The position numbers and the translations under genes were made by a program. 34,657 nt of DNA, taken from assembly GCA_037442925.1 (NCBI GenBank), contig JBBIPG010000016.1, positions 1 to 34,657 on the forward strand, in the 5' to 3' direction. The DNA comes from Candidatus Fraserbacteria bacterium (lineage in GTDB: Bacteria; Bipolaricaulota; Bipolaricaulia; RBG-16-55-9). Numbering within the stretch: position 1 is the stretch's first letter; the number at the start of each line of letters is the position of its first letter. The notes beneath the pieces are model-generated. The model was not told the origin of the DNA and made no database searches. It was given only the letters and a program-made list of their open reading frames with translations. Positions 1-10,237 of the stretch are shown one piece after another.

Positions 1-18
1 ATTGCTTCCAGCCTTCAT
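1..18 (-). CDS. 5' start (MKAGSN...) of a gene running off the window edge; possibly methylenetetrahydrofolate reductase MetF
   Basis: ATG at 18-16 overlaps the kinase TGA (ATGA) and follows GGAGGAG. Only 6 codons are visible; they resemble the MK(S/A)GSNLEK N-terminus I recall for MetV-associated MetF. Confidence 0.35.
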
Positions 19-1877
19 CTCATCGCTCCTCCCTTGGGCAGAGTGAACGTGAATTTGCAGCCCTTCCCCGTCTTAGGATCTGGGCTTTCGGCCCAGATCC
101 GTCCGCCGTGGGCCTCGACGATCTTCTTAGCGATCGCCAATCCCAGCCCCGCACCCTTCGTCTCCACACTCTTACCACGATAGAACTCTTCGAAGATCCG
201 TGGCAAATCTTCCGAGGGAATGCCAACCCCCGTGTCTCGCACCATCAGCTCTAGGCGATCTTCCAGGTTCTGCGCGCAGAGCCAGACCTCCCCTCCGGAG
301 GGGGTGAACTGGACGGCGTTGTTCAGCAAGTTCGTTAAGACCTGTTCCAGGCGGCGGGCCGAGGCCTCAATCGGGGGAAGTCCCTCAGGGCAGTCGAGTT
401 CAAGCTTCAATCCCTTCTCCTCCGCTTGTGAACGGACGTTCTCCAGAGCGTTCTCGATCACCGGCCTAAGCTCGATCAACTCCCTCTCTCGGACGATCTG
501 GCCCGCCTCGATGCGGGTGGCGTCCAAGAGATCATTGATGAGGTTGAGAAGTTCCTGGATTCGGGTGCTGCTTCTGGCGAGCATCTCCCGCTGGCGTTGG
601 CCCACCTCGCCTACGAAGCCGCCCAGAATCACTTGAAGGTAGCTCTGCACCGCTGCCAGCGGGGCCTTCAGGTCATGGGAGGCTATGGCCAAGAAATGGG
701 TCCGAAGTCGGTCCAGTTCGACCAACTTGCGGTTGGCTTCTTCCAGTTCCTTGAGGTTCAAGAGATACGTATCTTTGAGCACGGCCACTTCCCGCTGCCG
801 CTTGCGCAGCTCTGCGGCGATGGAGGTGGCAATGTATGTGGAGGCATATAGGGTCGTGATTAAGGCGAACAGTACTCCCAGGACAACTGGCCACTGGCTG
901 TAGAGTTCAAAGGGCATGAATCCAGTGAGATGGACGTGGGGGATGATCCCAAGGTATTCGAGGCTGACTAGGGCCGTGATCAGTAGGGCAGCTACTGTGG
1001 TCAGCAGGTAGACCGATCGGTACGACAGCAGAACGCTGGCGATAATGATATGAAAGACGTAGTAGAAGACGAAGGGATTCTCGATACCTCCGGTGAAATG
1101 GAGCAGCACAGTTAAGGCTACCAGGTCGAGAGCACCCTGGAGCTGGATGAGCCTTCTGGTCCTTGGAATCAGCGAGGCTCCGGCCCGGCGAAGCAGCTGC
1201 TTGGAATAGAGCAGCAGGACCGCGTTATAAAGGGCTAGGGCTGTTGCTATGAGGATGACTGTAAGGAGTGGGAGATCGATCTTCAAAGCGAACTGGGCAA
1301 AGACGGCGACGGCAGCGATCCCCACGGCGGCAATCCAGCGGAAGTTTATGAAGTATTGGACCTTCTGGATCAGCGTCGCTTCTTCGGGAGTGAATCCGGC
1401 AGCCAACTCCTCAACACGGAGAAACTCCATGAGCTTGTCGCGGGTCTCCCGCAGGCGGGAAGCCGTAAGATGCGCGATCCGATCGATCACCCTATAACCG
1501 ACCTGTGGGTCGCGATCTAGGAATTGGCGCAGCTCAGCTCCAGAGACGGCAATCAGCTTCGTCGGATGCAGGCAGCGGGCAGACAGAGTCAGAATATGGG
1601 GGCCGATAAGGGCCGACCAGGCGAGAACCCCACCTGGGCCGGCTGTCTCCACGGTCACCCGTCGTCGCGAGGCCCCAGGCCACAGCTCCACACCCATCTG
1701 GAGGGCGACTTCGCCATCAACCACCAGGAACAAGTCCTTGGCCGTGTCACCCTCCTCAAAGAGGACCGCCCCCGTTTCGCACGTCTGCTCACGACAGATC
1801 TGGGCGATCTCTTCCAATTCTTCGACCTTGAGGCTCTCAAAGAGCTCGAACTTCTCGAGGAGCCGGATCGGGACCAT
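15..1877 (-). CDS. Membrane sensor histidine kinase with N-terminal cyclic-nucleotide-binding (CAP_ED) domain
   Basis: N-terminal 'LFEEGDTAKDLFLVVDGEVAL...LAWSALI...TLSARC' cNMP fold; about 6 hydrophobic helices; H-box ASHDLKAPL, N-box NLLNNAVQF, G1 DTGVGI, F-box IFEEFY, G2 GAGLGL. Confidence 0.9.
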   Translation of the reverse strand: MVPIRLLEKFELFESLKVEELEEIAQICREQTCETGAVLFEEGDTAKDLFLVVDGEVALQMGVELWPGASRRRVTVETAGPGGVLAWSALIGPHILTLSARCLHPTKLIAVSGAELRQFLDRDPQVGYRVIDRIAHLTASRLRETRDKLMEFLRVEELAAGFTPEEATLIQKVQYFINFRWIAAVGIAAVAVFAQFALKIDLPLLTVILIATALALYNAVLLLYSKQLLRRAGASLIPRTRRLIQLQGALDLVALTVLLHFTGGIENPFVFYYVFHIIIASVLLSYRSVYLLTTVAALLITALVSLEYLGIIPHVHLTGFMPFELYSQWPVVLGVLFALITTLYASTYIATSIAAELRKRQREVAVLKDTYLLNLKELEEANRKLVELDRLRTHFLAIASHDLKAPLAAVQSYLQVILGGFVGEVGQRQREMLARSSTRIQELLNLINDLLDATRIEAGQIVRERELIELRPVIENALENVRSQAEEKGLKLELDCPEGLPPIEASARRLEQVLTNLLNNAVQFTPSGGEVWLCAQNLEDRLELMVRDTGVGIPSEDLPRIFEEFYRGKSVETKGAGLGLAIAKKIVEAHGGRIWAESPDPKTGKGCKFTFTLPKGGAMR

Positions 1878-1904
1878 CGCTTCTTTCCCCCTTTTCCAAA
1901 AGAC

Positions 1905-1933
1905 ATTCTAGTCCTCTGTGCACGTGGAGGCAA
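1905..1933 (-). promoter_or_regulatory. sigma70-type promoter for the kinase
   Basis: Minus strand TTGCCT-N17-TAGAAT. Confidence 0.55.
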
Positions 1934-1936
1934 AAA

Positions 1937-1966
1937 TTGCCATACGGGATAAAGAGCACCTATAAT
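1937..1966 (+). promoter_or_regulatory. sigma70-type promoter for metV
   Basis: TTGCCA-N18-TATAAT, back-to-back with the kinase promoter. Confidence 0.55.
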
Positions 1967-1995
1967 CGATTTCGCATGAAAGAGGTGAGGTGGCC

Positions 1996-2646
1996 ATGAT
2001 CATCGTCAAGGAGAAACCGCTGGAGGAGATCGTAGGCTTCCTTGGACCCTATAGGAAGATCGTCTTGGTCGGCTGCCAGGGCTGCTTCCAACCGCGGCGT
2101 GGGGCGAAGGAAGCCGAGGAGTATGTCCCCAAGTTGGCGGCACACGGGAAGACCGTCCGGGTATCTACAGTAGCCCGCCAATGCGATCACAATCTCGTGA
2201 TGACTGCGCCGAAGCTGAAGGATGAGCTTGGGGATGCGGAGGTGATCCTCTCGCTGGGTTGTGGTGCTGGGGTTCAGATGCTCTCGGAGGTCTTCCCGCA
2301 CATCCCCGTCTTCCCCGTTCAGAATACCATGTTCATCGGCGGGGAGGCTCAAGATGGGGAGCTACGCGAGTACTGTTCGGCTTGCGGGAACTGCGTTCTG
2401 CACCTGACTGCCGGGATCTGCCCTATCACCCGCTGTGCCAAGTCTTTGCTCAACGGGCCCTGCGGCGGCTCCGAGCGCGGCCGCTGCGAGGTCGATCCCG
2501 CGCTGGAGTGTGCTTGGTGCTTGATCTACCAGCGTCTCGCGGCCCTGGGCAGGCTCGAATCTCTGGCGGAGATCTGGCAGGTGCGTGACTGGTCCACAGC
2601 GGGCTTCGCCGGGCCCCGATCCATCCGATCGGCACGGCCATCTTGA
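1996..2646 (+). CDS. metV: Methylenetetrahydrofolate reductase small subunit / MTHFR C-terminal Cys-rich domain protein (MetV)
   Basis: VGCxxC, RQCD, LGCGAGVQ, CxxCxxC...GICPITRCAKSLLNGPCGG...CEV...CAW motifs. Start set at ATG 1996 (MIIVKEKP) after GAGGTGAGG. Confidence 0.85.
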   Translation: MIIVKEKPLEEIVGFLGPYRKIVLVGCQGCFQPRRGAKEAEEYVPKLAAHGKTVRVSTVARQCDHNLVMTAPKLKDELGDAEVILSLGCGAGVQMLSEVFPHIPVFPVQNTMFIGGEAQDGELREYCSACGNCVLHLTAGICPITRCAKSLLNGPCGGSERGRCEVDPALECAWCLIYQRLAALGRLESLAEIWQVRDWSTAGFAGPRSIRSARPS

Positions 2647-2745
2647 GAAGCGCCCTGTTCGAGGTCAGCCATCACGTTGATCTCGGTCATAGACCTCTCT
2701 CTCCTCCTTGCCATAGAATGCACACGGGTTCTTAAGGAGGTATGA

Positions 2746-4506
2746 ATGGCATACGATCCCACACAACTAAAGGACTGGCAGATCGCGGAACTCGCTGAAC
2801 CCAAAATGCCTACCCCAGAAGAATGGCGAGACCGGCTGGGACTGAAAAAGGACGAGATCATCCCCTATGGCAGGATCTGCAAGCTCGACTTCATGAGGAT
2901 CATGGAGCGCCTGAAGAGCAAGCGCGATGGCAAGTATATTGAAGTGACCGCCATCACCCCGACGCCCTTAGGAGAGGGAAAGACAACGACGACTCTGGGC
3001 GTCCTTGAAGGCATGGGCAAGCGCGGCATCCACGTCGGCGGCTGCATCCGCCAACCCTCAGGGGGCCCCAGTATGAACATCAAAGGCACCGCGGCTGGCG
3101 GAGGCAACGCGCTGCTCATCCCCATGACGGAGTTCTCGCTGGGCCTCACGGGTGACATCAATGACATCATGAACGCGCACAATCTCGCCATGGTGGCTCT
3201 GACGTCTAGATTGCAACACGAGCGCAATTATGATGACACACAGCTCACGAAGATTGGGCTGCGCCGCTTGGATATTGATCCGACTCGTGTGCAGATGGGC
3301 TGGATCATGGATTTCTGCGCTCAGGCGCTACGCCACATCATCATCGGTATCGGCGACCGCATGGATGGCTACATGATGCAATCGAGGTTTGATATTGCGG
3401 TCAGCTCGGAACTGATGGCCATCCTGGCGATTGCGCGAGATCTGGCCGATTTGCGCGATCGAATTGGGCAGATCACAGTGGCCTTCGATAAGAAGGGCCA
3501 TCCCGTTACCACTCACGATCTGGAAGTGGACGGAGCCATGACGGCCTGGATGCGCAACACTATCAATCCCACCCTCTGCTGTTCGATAGAGTACCAGCCT
3601 CTCATGGTCCATGCTGGGCCCTTCGCCAATATTGCCGTGGGCCAATCCTCAATCATCGGGGATCGCTTGGGGCTCAAACTCTTTGACTATCACGTGACGG
3701 AGAGCGGCTTTGGTGCGGATATCGGCTTTGAGAAGTTCTGGAACGTGAAGTGCCGTCTGAGTGGTCTTAAGCCCAATGTCTCGGTGCTCGTGGCAACCAT
3801 TAGGGCGCTCAAGATGCACGGCGGAGGCCCTAAAGTCGTTCCGGGTCGCCCACTGCCTGACGAGTATATAAAAGAGAACGTGAAATTGTTGGAACAAGGC
3901 ATGCCCAATCTGCTCCATCATATCAACATCATCAAGGCGTCTGGCATTGTGCCCGTGGTCTGCATCAATGCCTTCCACACGGATACTCGAAACGAGATTG
4001 CTGCCGTGAAGAACGCGGCGGAGAAGGCAGGTGCTCGCTGTGCCGTCTCCGAGCACTGGCTCAAGGGAGGCGAGGGTGCCCTGGAGCTGGTCGATGCGAT
4101 CGTGGATGCTGCTGAGGAGGAGAACAAGTTCCAGTGCCTATATCCGCTGGAAATGAAACTCCGTCAGAGGGTCGAGAAGATTGCCAAGGTGGTCTATGGC
4201 GCGGATGGGGCCAGCTGGAGCCCTGAGGCAGAAGAGAAAGCCAAGAAGCTCGAGGCCGATCCCAAGTACAGTGACTATCAGACGATGATGGTCAAGACGC
4301 ATCTCTCGCTCAGTCACAACCCGGACTGGAAGGGAGTTCCCAAGGGATGGGTGCTGCCCGTCCGCGATCTGCTCATCTTCTCCGGCGCGAAGTTCTTGTG
4401 CCCCATGACCGGTACGATCAGCTTGATGCCAGGCACGGCCTCGGATCCGGCTTTCCGAAGGATCGATGTGGACGTGAAGACGGGCAAGGTGAGGGGGCTC
4501 TTTTAA
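2746..4506 (+). CDS. fhs: Formate--tetrahydrofolate ligase
   Basis: [77 protein letters not shown]. Confidence 0.97.
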   Translation: MAYDPTQLKDWQIAELAEPKMPTPEEWRDRLGLKKDEIIPYGRICKLDFMRIMERLKSKRDGKYIEVTAITPTPLGEGKTTTTLGVLEGMGKRGIHVGGCIRQPSGGPSMNIKGTAAGGGNALLIPMTEFSLGLTGDINDIMNAHNLAMVALTSRLQHERNYDDTQLTKIGLRRLDIDPTRVQMGWIMDFCAQALRHIIIGIGDRMDGYMMQSRFDIAVSSELMAILAIARDLADLRDRIGQITVAFDKKGHPVTTHDLEVDGAMTAWMRNTINPTLCCSIEYQPLMVHAGPFANIAVGQSSIIGDRLGLKLFDYHVTESGFGADIGFEKFWNVKCRLSGLKPNVSVLVATIRALKMHGGGPKVVPGRPLPDEYIKENVKLLEQGMPNLLHHINIIKASGIVPVVCINAFHTDTRNEIAAVKNAAEKAGARCAVSEHWLKGGEGALELVDAIVDAAEEENKFQCLYPLEMKLRQRVEKIAKVVYGADGASWSPEAEEKAKKLEADPKYSDYQTMMVKTHLSLSHNPDWKGVPKGWVLPVRDLLIFSGAKFLCPMTGTISLMPGTASDPAFRRIDVDVKTGKVRGLF

Positions 4507-4517
4507 AGGGGACTGCT

Positions 4518-5468
4518 ATGGAGATGCGAAAAGTGGCAAAGGCGATGGAGAAGATCGGCATTCCCGGTCGGGATGCCTATGAGCTGCCTACCAGTGAGAA
4601 GCGCTTCCCGGATGGGGCGCAGTATCGCATGGAGGTCTCTGGAGTTGAGCGCTTGAGTGTGCTGGAGGCCCTTTTGGATGAGAGTGATAAGCGCAAGATG
4701 CCCATCCATAGGCTCATCTCAGTTGTGATGGGTGCGACCCTTCTCGACAAGAAGGAATTGAAAGCCTTCGCAAAGTTGGCCGCGGAGTCGAAATCGGAAG
4801 TGATCTTGACGCCGGGACCACGCTCTGCATGGGATACTGGCAGACAACTCGTCACGCCGGAAGGCGGACTATCGGGCTTGAGATTCCGGGGCTCGGATCA
4901 ACTGCGCTATGTGATCTCGGATATTATGCGAGCGATTGAACTCGGCTTTCGCGGGTTCTTAGTGATCGACGAGGGATTACTCTGGCTTCTCAACGAGCTG
5001 AAGCAGAAGGGCGACATTCCCAAAGACGTGACGTTCAAGGTCTCGATCTACGCGGGACACGCCAACGCTGCCGGAGGCAGGGTCTTGCAGATGCTGGGGG
5101 CAGGAACCTTCAACCCGGTAGCGGATCTCTCGCTGCCGCAGCTGGCCTCGATTCGACAAGCCATCGACATCCCAATGGACCTGCACATTGTGCTCACAGA
5201 ATCCTTCGGCGGGTATCTCAGATTCTATGACGGCCCAGAGATGGCGCGGGTCTGTGCGCCGTGCTATTTCAAGATCGAGCATGGACCAGCTTGCGCAGCC
5301 GGACCCGGCGCGCTCTACAAGCCCTGGACGAGCCCACAGCTCTTAGCAGATATGGCCCGTGAGAAAGTCAAGTATGCGCAAACCATCCATGAGCTCATCC
5401 ATGAGAACTATCCGGAAGCGGTGATGTCGAAACTGGGGGCCAAGGATCTGGCCATACCCAAACCGTAG
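4518..5468 (+). CDS. Conserved TIM-barrel-like protein, probably of the group annotated 'U32 family peptidase'; function unknown
   Basis: Start at ATG 4518 after AAAGGGGA, 11 nt past fhs. Motifs 'LPTSEKRFPDGAQYRME', 'GPRSAWDTG', 'GFRGFLVIDEGLL', 'GAGTFNP..DLSL.QLASIR'. Family call is from memory. Confidence 0.6.
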   Translation: MEMRKVAKAMEKIGIPGRDAYELPTSEKRFPDGAQYRMEVSGVERLSVLEALLDESDKRKMPIHRLISVVMGATLLDKKELKAFAKLAAESKSEVILTPGPRSAWDTGRQLVTPEGGLSGLRFRGSDQLRYVISDIMRAIELGFRGFLVIDEGLLWLLNELKQKGDIPKDVTFKVSIYAGHANAAGGRVLQMLGAGTFNPVADLSLPQLASIRQAIDIPMDLHIVLTESFGGYLRFYDGPEMARVCAPCYFKIEHGPACAAGPGALYKPWTSPQLLADMAREKVKYAQTIHELIHENYPEAVMSKLGAKDLAIPKP

Positions 5469-5495
5469 GAGCGAGACCCGCGGAAGGAGTACACG

Positions 5496-6416
5496 ATGCC
5501 CAAGAAGGCGACGCAAGCGGAACGCCAGAAGATCACCATCCCCAAGCTCTACGAGATGAAAACAAGCAAAGAGCCTGTGAGTTGGCTCACGTGCTACGAC
5601 TACCCCACAGCTCTCATCATGGATCGCGCGGGCATCGACATGATGCTAGTAGGCGACTCAGCCGGCATGACCATGCTGGGATACCCCACAACTCTGCCCG
5701 TGACCATGGATCAGATGATCACCTTCACGGGGGCTGTCTGTCGTGCTGTGAAGTACGCTTTCGTCATTGGGGACATGCCCTACATGAGCTATCAGATCAA
5801 CAACGATGAAGCCATCCGCAACGCCGGCCGCTTTATGGCGGAGTGTGGCACGGATGCTGTCAAACTCGAAGGCGGAGCGCGCGTGGCGCCCATCATTGAA
5901 GCCATCACGAACGCAGGCATTCCCGTAATGGGACATATCGGGTTGACTCCCCAGTCGGCCTCACAATTGGGTGGCTACAAGGCGCAAGGACGAGATGCCC
6001 AGACAGCACGCAGGCTCATCGCCGATGCAGAGGCGCTAGAAGAAGCTGGGGCGTTTGCGATCTTGCTCGAATGCATGCCGGCACCCGTTGCCAAGATCAT
6101 CCATGAGAGACTGCGGATCCCGGTCTATGGATTGGGCAGCGGGCGTGATGTTGACGGACAACTGATGATCGTGCACGATATGCTGGGGCTCTTTGAGAGA
6201 TTTGTGCCCAAGTTCGTCAAGCGGTATGCCAATCTGAGCCCGATTCTCCTGGAGGCATTCACCCACTACCGAGAGGATGTAAAGACCGAAACGTTTCCTC
6301 AGGCCGCGCATTTTTATACAATGGTGGAGGGGGAACTAGAGAAGCTGGGTGAGTTGTTTGATGACCGCAGTAGCAGACGCGGAAAACCCAAGCTTAAGAA
6401 GGGGGCACGCCAGTGA
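5496..6416 (+). CDS. panB: 3-methyl-2-oxobutanoate hydroxymethyltransferase (PanB family)
   Basis: LTCYDY, LVGDSAGM, GDMPYMSY, AVKLEGG, MGHIGLTPQS, GGYKAQGR, LLEC, DGQ.MIVHD.LG, PKFVKRYA. Confidence 0.93.
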   Translation: MPKKATQAERQKITIPKLYEMKTSKEPVSWLTCYDYPTALIMDRAGIDMMLVGDSAGMTMLGYPTTLPVTMDQMITFTGAVCRAVKYAFVIGDMPYMSYQINNDEAIRNAGRFMAECGTDAVKLEGGARVAPIIEAITNAGIPVMGHIGLTPQSASQLGGYKAQGRDAQTARRLIADAEALEEAGAFAILLECMPAPVAKIIHERLRIPVYGLGSGRDVDGQLMIVHDMLGLFERFVPKFVKRYANLSPILLEAFTHYREDVKTETFPQAAHFYTMVEGELEKLGELFDDRSSRRGKPKLKKGARQ

Positions 6417-8833
6417 AGCTGGTCCTTGGATTTGAGGAGATCAGCCAAGAAGATGTTTCGTTGGTCGGAGGGAAGACGGCCTCCATCGGGGAGATGACGC
6501 GCGCCCTTTCTGCAAAAGGTGTCAAGGTTCCGCCGGGCTTCGCTATCACGACGGACGCCTATAGGCTTTTTGTCGAGCGCGCGGGCATTGCACCAAGAAT
6601 CGAGGCTCTGCTGAAGGGTCTGAACCCTGCCGACGTACCAGATCTCGCGCAACGAGGTCGAACGATTCGTGCGCTCTTCGCGGGCGCTTCGCTTCCCAAC
6701 GAACTCGAAGAGGCAATCCGAATGGCTTATCGAAGCCTTGCCCGTACGCACTCGCGGGGGAAAGATCCGGTGGTGGCGGTACGCTCTTCGGCCACTTCTG
6801 AGGATCTCGCGGAAGCTTCCTTCGCGGGTCAACATGAGAGCTACTTGAATGTGCGAGGCGAAGAGCAGCTTCTGGCGCGTGTAGTGGATTGCTTTGCGAG
6901 TCTCTTCACGGATCGCGCCATCTCGTATCGCCACGCTCGGGGGTTCGACCATTTTGAATCCACGCTGGGTATAGCTGTCCAGAAGATGGTGCGCAGCGAT
7001 CGGGCAGCCTCGGGTGTCATGTTCACATTGGACACCGAGACGGGCTTCCGCAACGTGATTTACATTGCCTCTTCTTACGGCTTCGGGGAGCTCGTGGTGC
7101 AGGGTCGGGTCAATCCCGATCAGTTCTATGTCTTTAAGCCGTTGCTTCGCCGCGGGCGGCGTGCGATCCTGGAGAAGAAACGGGGGAGCAAGCAAGTGAT
7201 GCTCGTCACACCCGACGGCAAGGCGCTTAAGGTGAAGAGAGTCCCGCGCACGCAGCAGTTGCGCTTCTCGCTCGAAGATGACGAAGTCCTTCAGCTGGCG
7301 GAGTGGGGACTTCTCATCGAGGATCATTATCAGAGACCCATGGACATCGAGTGGGCCAAGGACGGCTTGAGCGGTGAGCTGTTCGTCGTGCAAGCCCGAC
7401 CTGAAACCGTTCATGCGGCCAAAGAAACCGGCGTACTCGAGACATACGTGCTGGAAGAGTCTGGACGATTGCTCATTCAAGGCGAGGCAGTAGGCTCGAA
7501 GATTGGCAAGGGTGAAGCTCAAGTTATTCTGCACGCCAAGGAGATCACCAAGTTCAAGCCCGGCCAGGTATTAGTCACAGAGATGACCGATCCTGACTGG
7601 GAACCCATTATGAAGCTGGCCTCGGCGATCGTGACGGATCGGGGAGGACGAGTCTGCCACGCGGCCATCGTCTCGCGTGAATTGGGACTGCCGTGCGTCA
7701 TTGGCACCGAGCGAGCGACAAAACTCATCCAAAGTGGACAGAAGGTCACGGTGGATTGCTCCGAGAACGTGGGCAGGGTCTTCGAGGGATTGCTACGCTT
7801 TCGCATCAACCGCCTCTCTCTTACAGAGATCCCCAAGACGCGAACGAAGATCATGATGAACGTGGGGTTGCCGGAGAAAGCCTTCTTGCAGGCTCAAATC
7901 CCCAACGATGGTGTGGGGCTGGCCCGCGAGGAGTTCATCATCAGTTCGCATGTGGGCATCCACCCCATGGCTCTTGTGGAATATGAACAGCTACAAGAGC
8001 GCGCGAAGAATGACAAGAAACTGGCTACCCTGATACGAAAGATCGATCAACGCACAGCCCACTACAAGGACAAACGCCAGTTCTTCATCGACCAACTGGC
8101 AAGCGGTGTGGGGAAGATCGCCGCCGCCTTCTGGCCCAACGACGTGATCGTGAGACTTTCAGACTTTAAGACGAATGAGTACGCCGGACTGCTGGGCGGC
8201 TTCCTCTATGAGCCTACGGAGTCGAATCCCATGTTGGGTTGGCGTGGGGCCAGCCGCTACTACGATCCCGAATACAAGCGGGCGTTCGGGCTCGAGTGCC
8301 AGGCGCTCAAGCAAGTCCGTGACGAGCTGGGACTCACCAATGTGAAGGTCATGGTCCCCTTCTGCCGCACGCCCGAGGAGGGTAGAAGGGTGATCGAGAC
8401 GATGGCCGAGTTCGGTCTCAGACAGCACGAGAATGGCTTAGAAATCTACGTGATGTGTGAGATCCCCAGCAATGTGATCTTGGCGGAAGAGTTTGCTGAC
8501 ATCTTCGATGGGTTCTCCATTGGGAGCAACGATCTCACACAGCTTGTCTTAGGACTGGATCGTGACTCGGAGCTGGTGGCTCACATTTACGACGAGCGCA
8601 ACGAGGCAGTCAAGAGACTCGTTCGACAAGTGATCGAGGTGGTGCGATGCAACAAGAAGAAGATTGGGGTCTGTGGTCAAGCTCCGAGCGATTTTCCCGA
8701 ATTTGCCGAATTTCTAGTGGAGTGCGGGATCGACAGCATCTCCTTGAATCCGGATACCGTCATTAAGACGCGACTGCTCGTCGCGGAAAAGGAGCAATCT
8801 AAACCTCAGCCCCTGGCTCAAAAACCCACCTGA
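6413..8833 (+). CDS. ppsA: Phosphoenolpyruvate synthase (pyruvate, water dikinase)
   Basis: VGGKTASIGEM, AVRSSATSEDL..ASFAGQ, DIEWAKDG, QARPETV, phospho-His GGRVCHAAIVSRELG, NPMLGWRG, MCEIPSN, FSIGSNDLTQL; GTGA overlap with panB. Confidence 0.96.
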   Translation: MKLVLGFEEISQEDVSLVGGKTASIGEMTRALSAKGVKVPPGFAITTDAYRLFVERAGIAPRIEALLKGLNPADVPDLAQRGRTIRALFAGASLPNELEEAIRMAYRSLARTHSRGKDPVVAVRSSATSEDLAEASFAGQHESYLNVRGEEQLLARVVDCFASLFTDRAISYRHARGFDHFESTLGIAVQKMVRSDRAASGVMFTLDTETGFRNVIYIASSYGFGELVVQGRVNPDQFYVFKPLLRRGRRAILEKKRGSKQVMLVTPDGKALKVKRVPRTQQLRFSLEDDEVLQLAEWGLLIEDHYQRPMDIEWAKDGLSGELFVVQARPETVHAAKETGVLETYVLEESGRLLIQGEAVGSKIGKGEAQVILHAKEITKFKPGQVLVTEMTDPDWEPIMKLASAIVTDRGGRVCHAAIVSRELGLPCVIGTERATKLIQSGQKVTVDCSENVGRVFEGLLRFRINRLSLTEIPKTRTKIMMNVGLPEKAFLQAQIPNDGVGLAREEFIISSHVGIHPMALVEYEQLQERAKNDKKLATLIRKIDQRTAHYKDKRQFFIDQLASGVGKIAAAFWPNDVIVRLSDFKTNEYAGLLGGFLYEPTESNPMLGWRGASRYYDPEYKRAFGLECQALKQVRDELGLTNVKVMVPFCRTPEEGRRVIETMAEFGLRQHENGLEIYVMCEIPSNVILAEEFADIFDGFSIGSNDLTQLVLGLDRDSELVAHIYDERNEAVKRLVRQVIEVVRCNKKKIGVCGQAPSDFPEFAEFLVECGIDSISLNPDTVIKTRLLVAEKEQSKPQPLAQKPT

Positions 8834-8921
8834 CCGAGCGCAGTCACCCATCTGATTGATATCATGGGAATTGGGGCGGAGATGCCCTACACTTTACTTG
8901 CAAGAAAGGAAGGAATCTCGT

Positions 8922-10190
8922 ATGACAGAAATGAAGCGCCGCGGCGAGCTCAAGATGCTCGAGGCAGCTCGCTATTTCTTCGATGAGGCAGCGAAGAAAC
9001 TCAAGCTGGAAGAAGATCTCATTGAGCTGTTGCGCTATCCGAAGCGAAAACTCATCGTCACCTTCCCTGTGACGATGGATGACGGCCGCGTGCGGCACTT
9101 TGAGGGCTACCGTGTGCAGTGCCATCCGGTGTTGGGGCCCGGCAAGGGTGGGATCCGCTACCACCCCGACACCGTGCTTGAGGAAGTGGAGGCGTTGGCT
9201 GTACTCATGAACTGGAAATGCGCTGTGGCCGGATTGCCGTTCAGCGGGGCCAAGGGAGGAGTCCGTTGCAACCCTAAAGAGATGTCCGAGCGCGAGCTGG
9301 AGCGGCTGACCCGAAGATACGCTGCAGAGATCGCGCCGATCATCGGTCCTGATGTGGACATCCCGGCTCCGGATGTGTACACCGGCGAGCGCGAGATGAC
9401 CTGGATCGTAGATACGGTCAGCATGCATCACAGCGGCGAGTACATGCCGGGCTTAGTGACAGGCAAGCCTCTCTTGCTCGGTGGTTCTGTGGGACGAGAC
9501 ACGGCGACCGCACGAGGCGGGTTCTTCGCCACCCTAGAAGCCCTCCATCGCCTCAAGATGGGGCTGGACAAGGCCACCGTGGCGATTCAAGGGTATGGAA
9601 ATGCCGGTTGGCACTTCGCGCATTTCGTGCATGATGCCGGGGCCAAGGTCATTGCTGTCAGTGATTCTAAAGGCGGCATCCACAACAGTCAGGGCATCGA
9701 TCCCTACAAGCTGAAGGAGCACAAGGACAAGACACGCAGTGTGGTAGGCTTTACGGGCACCGAGCGGATCACCAACGAGGAGTTGCTGGAAATGAAGTGC
9801 GACATTCTGGTCCCCTCGGCACTGGAAGATCAACTCCATGAGGGCAATGCCTTGAAGGTCCGAGCGAAGCTCATCGTGGAGCTGGCCAACGGGCCCACGA
9901 CGCAAGAAGCCGATCAGATCCTCTATGATCGGGGAGTCTTTGTCATACCCGACATTCTCGCCAACTCGGGTGGTGTGACGGTCAGCTACTTTGAGTGGGT
10001 GCAGGATCGCTATCGTTACTTCTGGGATGCCAAGGTCGTGGATGAGCGCTTGAAGAAGTTCATGACGGAAGCCTTTGATCATGTGGCGAACATGTCTGAG
10101 AAAGCCAAGGTCAACATGCGCCTGGCGGCCTACATGTTTGCCATCGATCGCGTGGCGTCCGCCGCTCGGATTCGCGGTCTATACGCGTGA
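8922..10190 (+). CDS. gdhA: Glu/Leu/Phe/Val dehydrogenase, most likely glutamate dehydrogenase
   Basis: [62 protein letters not shown]. Start set at ATG 8922 after AAGGAAGGA. Confidence 0.9.
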   Translation: MTEMKRRGELKMLEAARYFFDEAAKKLKLEEDLIELLRYPKRKLIVTFPVTMDDGRVRHFEGYRVQCHPVLGPGKGGIRYHPDTVLEEVEALAVLMNWKCAVAGLPFSGAKGGVRCNPKEMSERELERLTRRYAAEIAPIIGPDVDIPAPDVYTGEREMTWIVDTVSMHHSGEYMPGLVTGKPLLLGGSVGRDTATARGGFFATLEALHRLKMGLDKATVAIQGYGNAGWHFAHFVHDAGAKVIAVSDSKGGIHNSQGIDPYKLKEHKDKTRSVVGFTGTERITNEELLEMKCDILVPSALEDQLHEGNALKVRAKLIVELANGPTTQEADQILYDRGVFVIPDILANSGGVTVSYFEWVQDRYRYFWDAKVVDERLKKFMTEAFDHVANMSEKAKVNMRLAAYMFAIDRVASAARIRGLYA

Positions 10191-10237
10191 CCCGCTCCCG
10201 GCGAGACGCAGCATCACGAGAGAGGAATGGATCAGCG

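Noticed and set aside
2647..2745. THF or ZTP riboswitch upstream of fhs
   Set aside because: The region is short and I could not see the conserved aptamer elements or a terminator; an Rfam scan would settle it.
4347..4517. N-terminal extensions given by the ORF track (also for gdh, acs, maeB, usp, both arsR genes and the Mrp ATPase)
   Set aside because: They overlap neighbouring genes or promoters; downstream starts fit the family N-termini and, except for the first arsR, have SD sites.
6314..7534. 406-aa antisense ORF over panB/ppsA
   Set aside because: Shadow of a conserved, GC-rich coding strand; no recognisable motifs.
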